Assembly (NCBI GenBank): GCA_947630675.1
Contig: CANRIN010000001.1
Coordinates: forward strand, 5,361 to 69,360
Length of the DNA: 64,000 nt
From: an uncultured Clostridia bacterium
GTDB lineage: Bacteria > Bacillota > Clostridia > Oscillospirales > JAAYOS01
Direction of reading: 5' to 3'
In this document: piece after piece, positions 62,449-64,000 of the stretch
Numbering within the stretch: the stretch's first letter is position 1
Layout of the letters: each line of letters begins with the position of its first letter
The notes under the pieces: model-generated
What the model saw: the letters and a program-made list of their open reading frames with translations, nothing else
The model's database searches: none
What the model was told of the DNA's origin: nothing
Translations under genes and position numbers: made by a program

Positions 62449-64000
62449 ATGAAGAAGTTTATTGCCCTTCTTCTCGCTCTGCTGATGATGGCGGGCCTGC
62501 TGGCCGGCTGCGGCGGCGGTGGCGAGGAGACCACCTCCACCGAGCCTTCCGGGACGACGAGCACCGAGCCCACCACCGCCCCGAGCTTTGAAGGCCCCGT
62601 GGAGACCAGCGACGATCCGGCAGGGATAGTGCTGCCGCTCGTTGACGACGTCCATGATTTCGAGTACTGGATCGAGAATCCGTATTCCTTTGAGGACTTC
62701 TCGACCTACGGGGACAACCTTTTCTTCCAGTGGATGGAGGAGAAGACCAACGTCCACATCGTCTGGAACCATCCCGCTTCCGGCTCCGTTTCCGAGGCGT
62801 TCCAGACCATGATACTCTCCAATGAGCTGCCCGACTTCATCCAGGGCGTCAAGGGTTACTACACCGGCGGCGTCGACAAGATGGTCAATGACGGATATCT
62901 CCAGCCGCTCAACGACTACATGGACATCATGCCTCACTACAAGGCCAAGCTCTACGAGGACGAGACGACCTTCATCCAGTGCGTCTCCGACGAAGGCAAC
63001 ATCTGGGGCATCCATCAGATATGCGACCGTCCGCAGGGCGCATGGTTCGGCTTCGGCGTCCGTCAGGACTGGCTTGACGACCTCGGTATCGACATCAGCA
63101 CCGCCGAGACGATAGACGGCCTCGAGACCATACTCACCGCCTTCAAGGACAAGACCTACAACAACAACGGCCCGCTGTGGCTCTCCGGCGGCAGCTTCAG
63201 CCCGTCCTGCGCGCTGAACGGCTCCTACAACGTCGCTTCGGTCACCTGGTCGAACAACGGCATCATCAACAAGGACGGCACCGCCGTTTACAGCCCGCTT
63301 GAGCCCGGCTTCCGTGACTACGTCGCGAAGATAACCGACTGGTATGCCAAGGGCCTCATCCACACCGAGTACATAGCCACCTCCTCCTGGTCGACCCCGG
63401 ATGACCGCTGGGTCAACAGCGAGGTCGGCGTGGGCGACTTCGTCTACACCAACGACAAGATGCTCGCTCAGTCCGCTGCGATAAGCGAGCTCATGCCCGA
63501 CCCGGACTTCGCGCTCAGCGCCATCACCACCCCGAAGGTCGACGCGAGCATGGACTGGAGCGACATCCATCTCCGCAACCGTCAGGATAAGGTCTTCTCG
63601 GTCAACTCCATGGGCATTTCCACCCAGTGCAACGACCTTGAGCTTGCCTGCAAGTATTGGGACTATGCGTTCACCGACGAAGGCATTGAGGCCGCCAACT
63701 GGGGTCCTGTTGAAGGCCCGGAGGGCGACGCCAACGCCACCTACTTCGTCGACCCGGCCGACACCAACGGCGACGGACATCAGGAGTGCTATCAGCCCGC
63801 TCTGATGGAGAAGTACGACAACAACGTCACCAACGTTCAGGTCAAGGTCTCGAGCTTCCTCACCCCAGGCTACCGTATATGGAGCCGCGAGTGGTGCACG
63901 CTTGAGAAGTACCAGATAGACTACTGCAACACCTGGGACAAGGTCGGCATCGAGTATGTCTGGCCGGACGGCGTTACCCTCACCGCGCAGGAAGGCACCG
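62449..64000 (+). CDS. Second large solute-binding lipoprotein, tandem paralog (3' end outside window)
   Basis: ATG 62449 after AGGAGG. The signal peptide and lipobox DNA are nearly identical to 60394 onward. The frame stays open to the window edge. It is missing from the ORF track because no stop codon is reached. Confidence 0.85.
   Translation, partial: MKKFIALLLALLMMAGLLAGCGGGGEETTSTEPSGTTSTEPTTAPSFEGPVETSDDPAGIVLPLVDDVHDFEYWIENPYSFEDFSTYGDNLFFQWMEEKTNVHIVWNHPASGSVSEAFQTMILSNELPDFIQGVKGYYTGGVDKMVNDGYLQPLNDYMDIMPHYKAKLYEDETTFIQCVSDEGNIWGIHQICDRPQGAWFGFGVRQDWLDDLGIDISTAETIDGLETILTAFKDKTYNNNGPLWLSGGSFSPSCALNGSYNVASVTWSNNGIINKDGTAVYSPLEPGFRDYVAKITDWYAKGLIHTEYIATSSWSTPDDRWVNSEVGVGDFVYTNDKMLAQSAAISELMPDPDFALSAITTPKVDASMDWSDIHLRNRQDKVFSVNSMGISTQCNDLELACKYWDYAFTDEGIEAANWGPVEGPEGDANATYFVDPADTNGDGHQECYQPALMEKYDNNVTNVQVKVSSFLTPGYRIWSREWCTLEKYQIDYCNTWDKVGIEYVWPDGVTLTAQEGT

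Noticed and set aside
1-64000. A prophage, IS element, integron or conjugative element as an explanation for the accessory genes.
   Set aside because: No integrase, transposase, recombinase, tRNA attachment site or phage structural gene was recognisable anywhere in the window. Only the compositional patches (about 3540-4720 and 21880-23200) hint at older acquisitions.

Overview
This is a GC-rich chromosomal segment (third codon positions mostly G/C) from a spore-forming Firmicute. It is most likely a Clostridia/Oscillospirales-type organism, judging from cwlJ-gerQ germination genes, sigH, a long Bacillus-type SRP RNA and an NfnAB pair. About 70 protein genes and one ncRNA can be supported. 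Housekeeping blocks: rpmB; DUF512-der-plsY-mscL; rpmF-yceD; ylxM-ffh-rpsP-KH-rimM-trmD; SRP RNA-dnaX-ybaB-recR; sigH; trxA. Carbohydrate genes: GH2, GH3 and two tandem large sugar-binding lipoproteins. Metal homeostasis: a Fur-family regulator and copA-csoR with its operator. Accessory pieces: a HEPN/MNT pair, an Lsa-like ABC-F gene behind a leader-peptide/terminator attenuator, an MFS transporter behind a leader sORF, four tandem DUF2500 paralogs, a ParB-like::BMP fusion protein, and a TGA-interrupted phospholipase-C-like pseudogene in a lower-GC patch. The most unusual signal is non-coding. Seven intergenic loci are assembled from one family of modular hairpin repeats whose stems co-vary while loops, linkers and a bulged T stay constant. 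The family is REP/BIME-like and possibly mobile, and I cannot name it. Many long ORFs in the supplied track are antisense shadow ORFs of real genes and were not annotated. All family calls come from motif recognition by eye; no database search or folding program was available.
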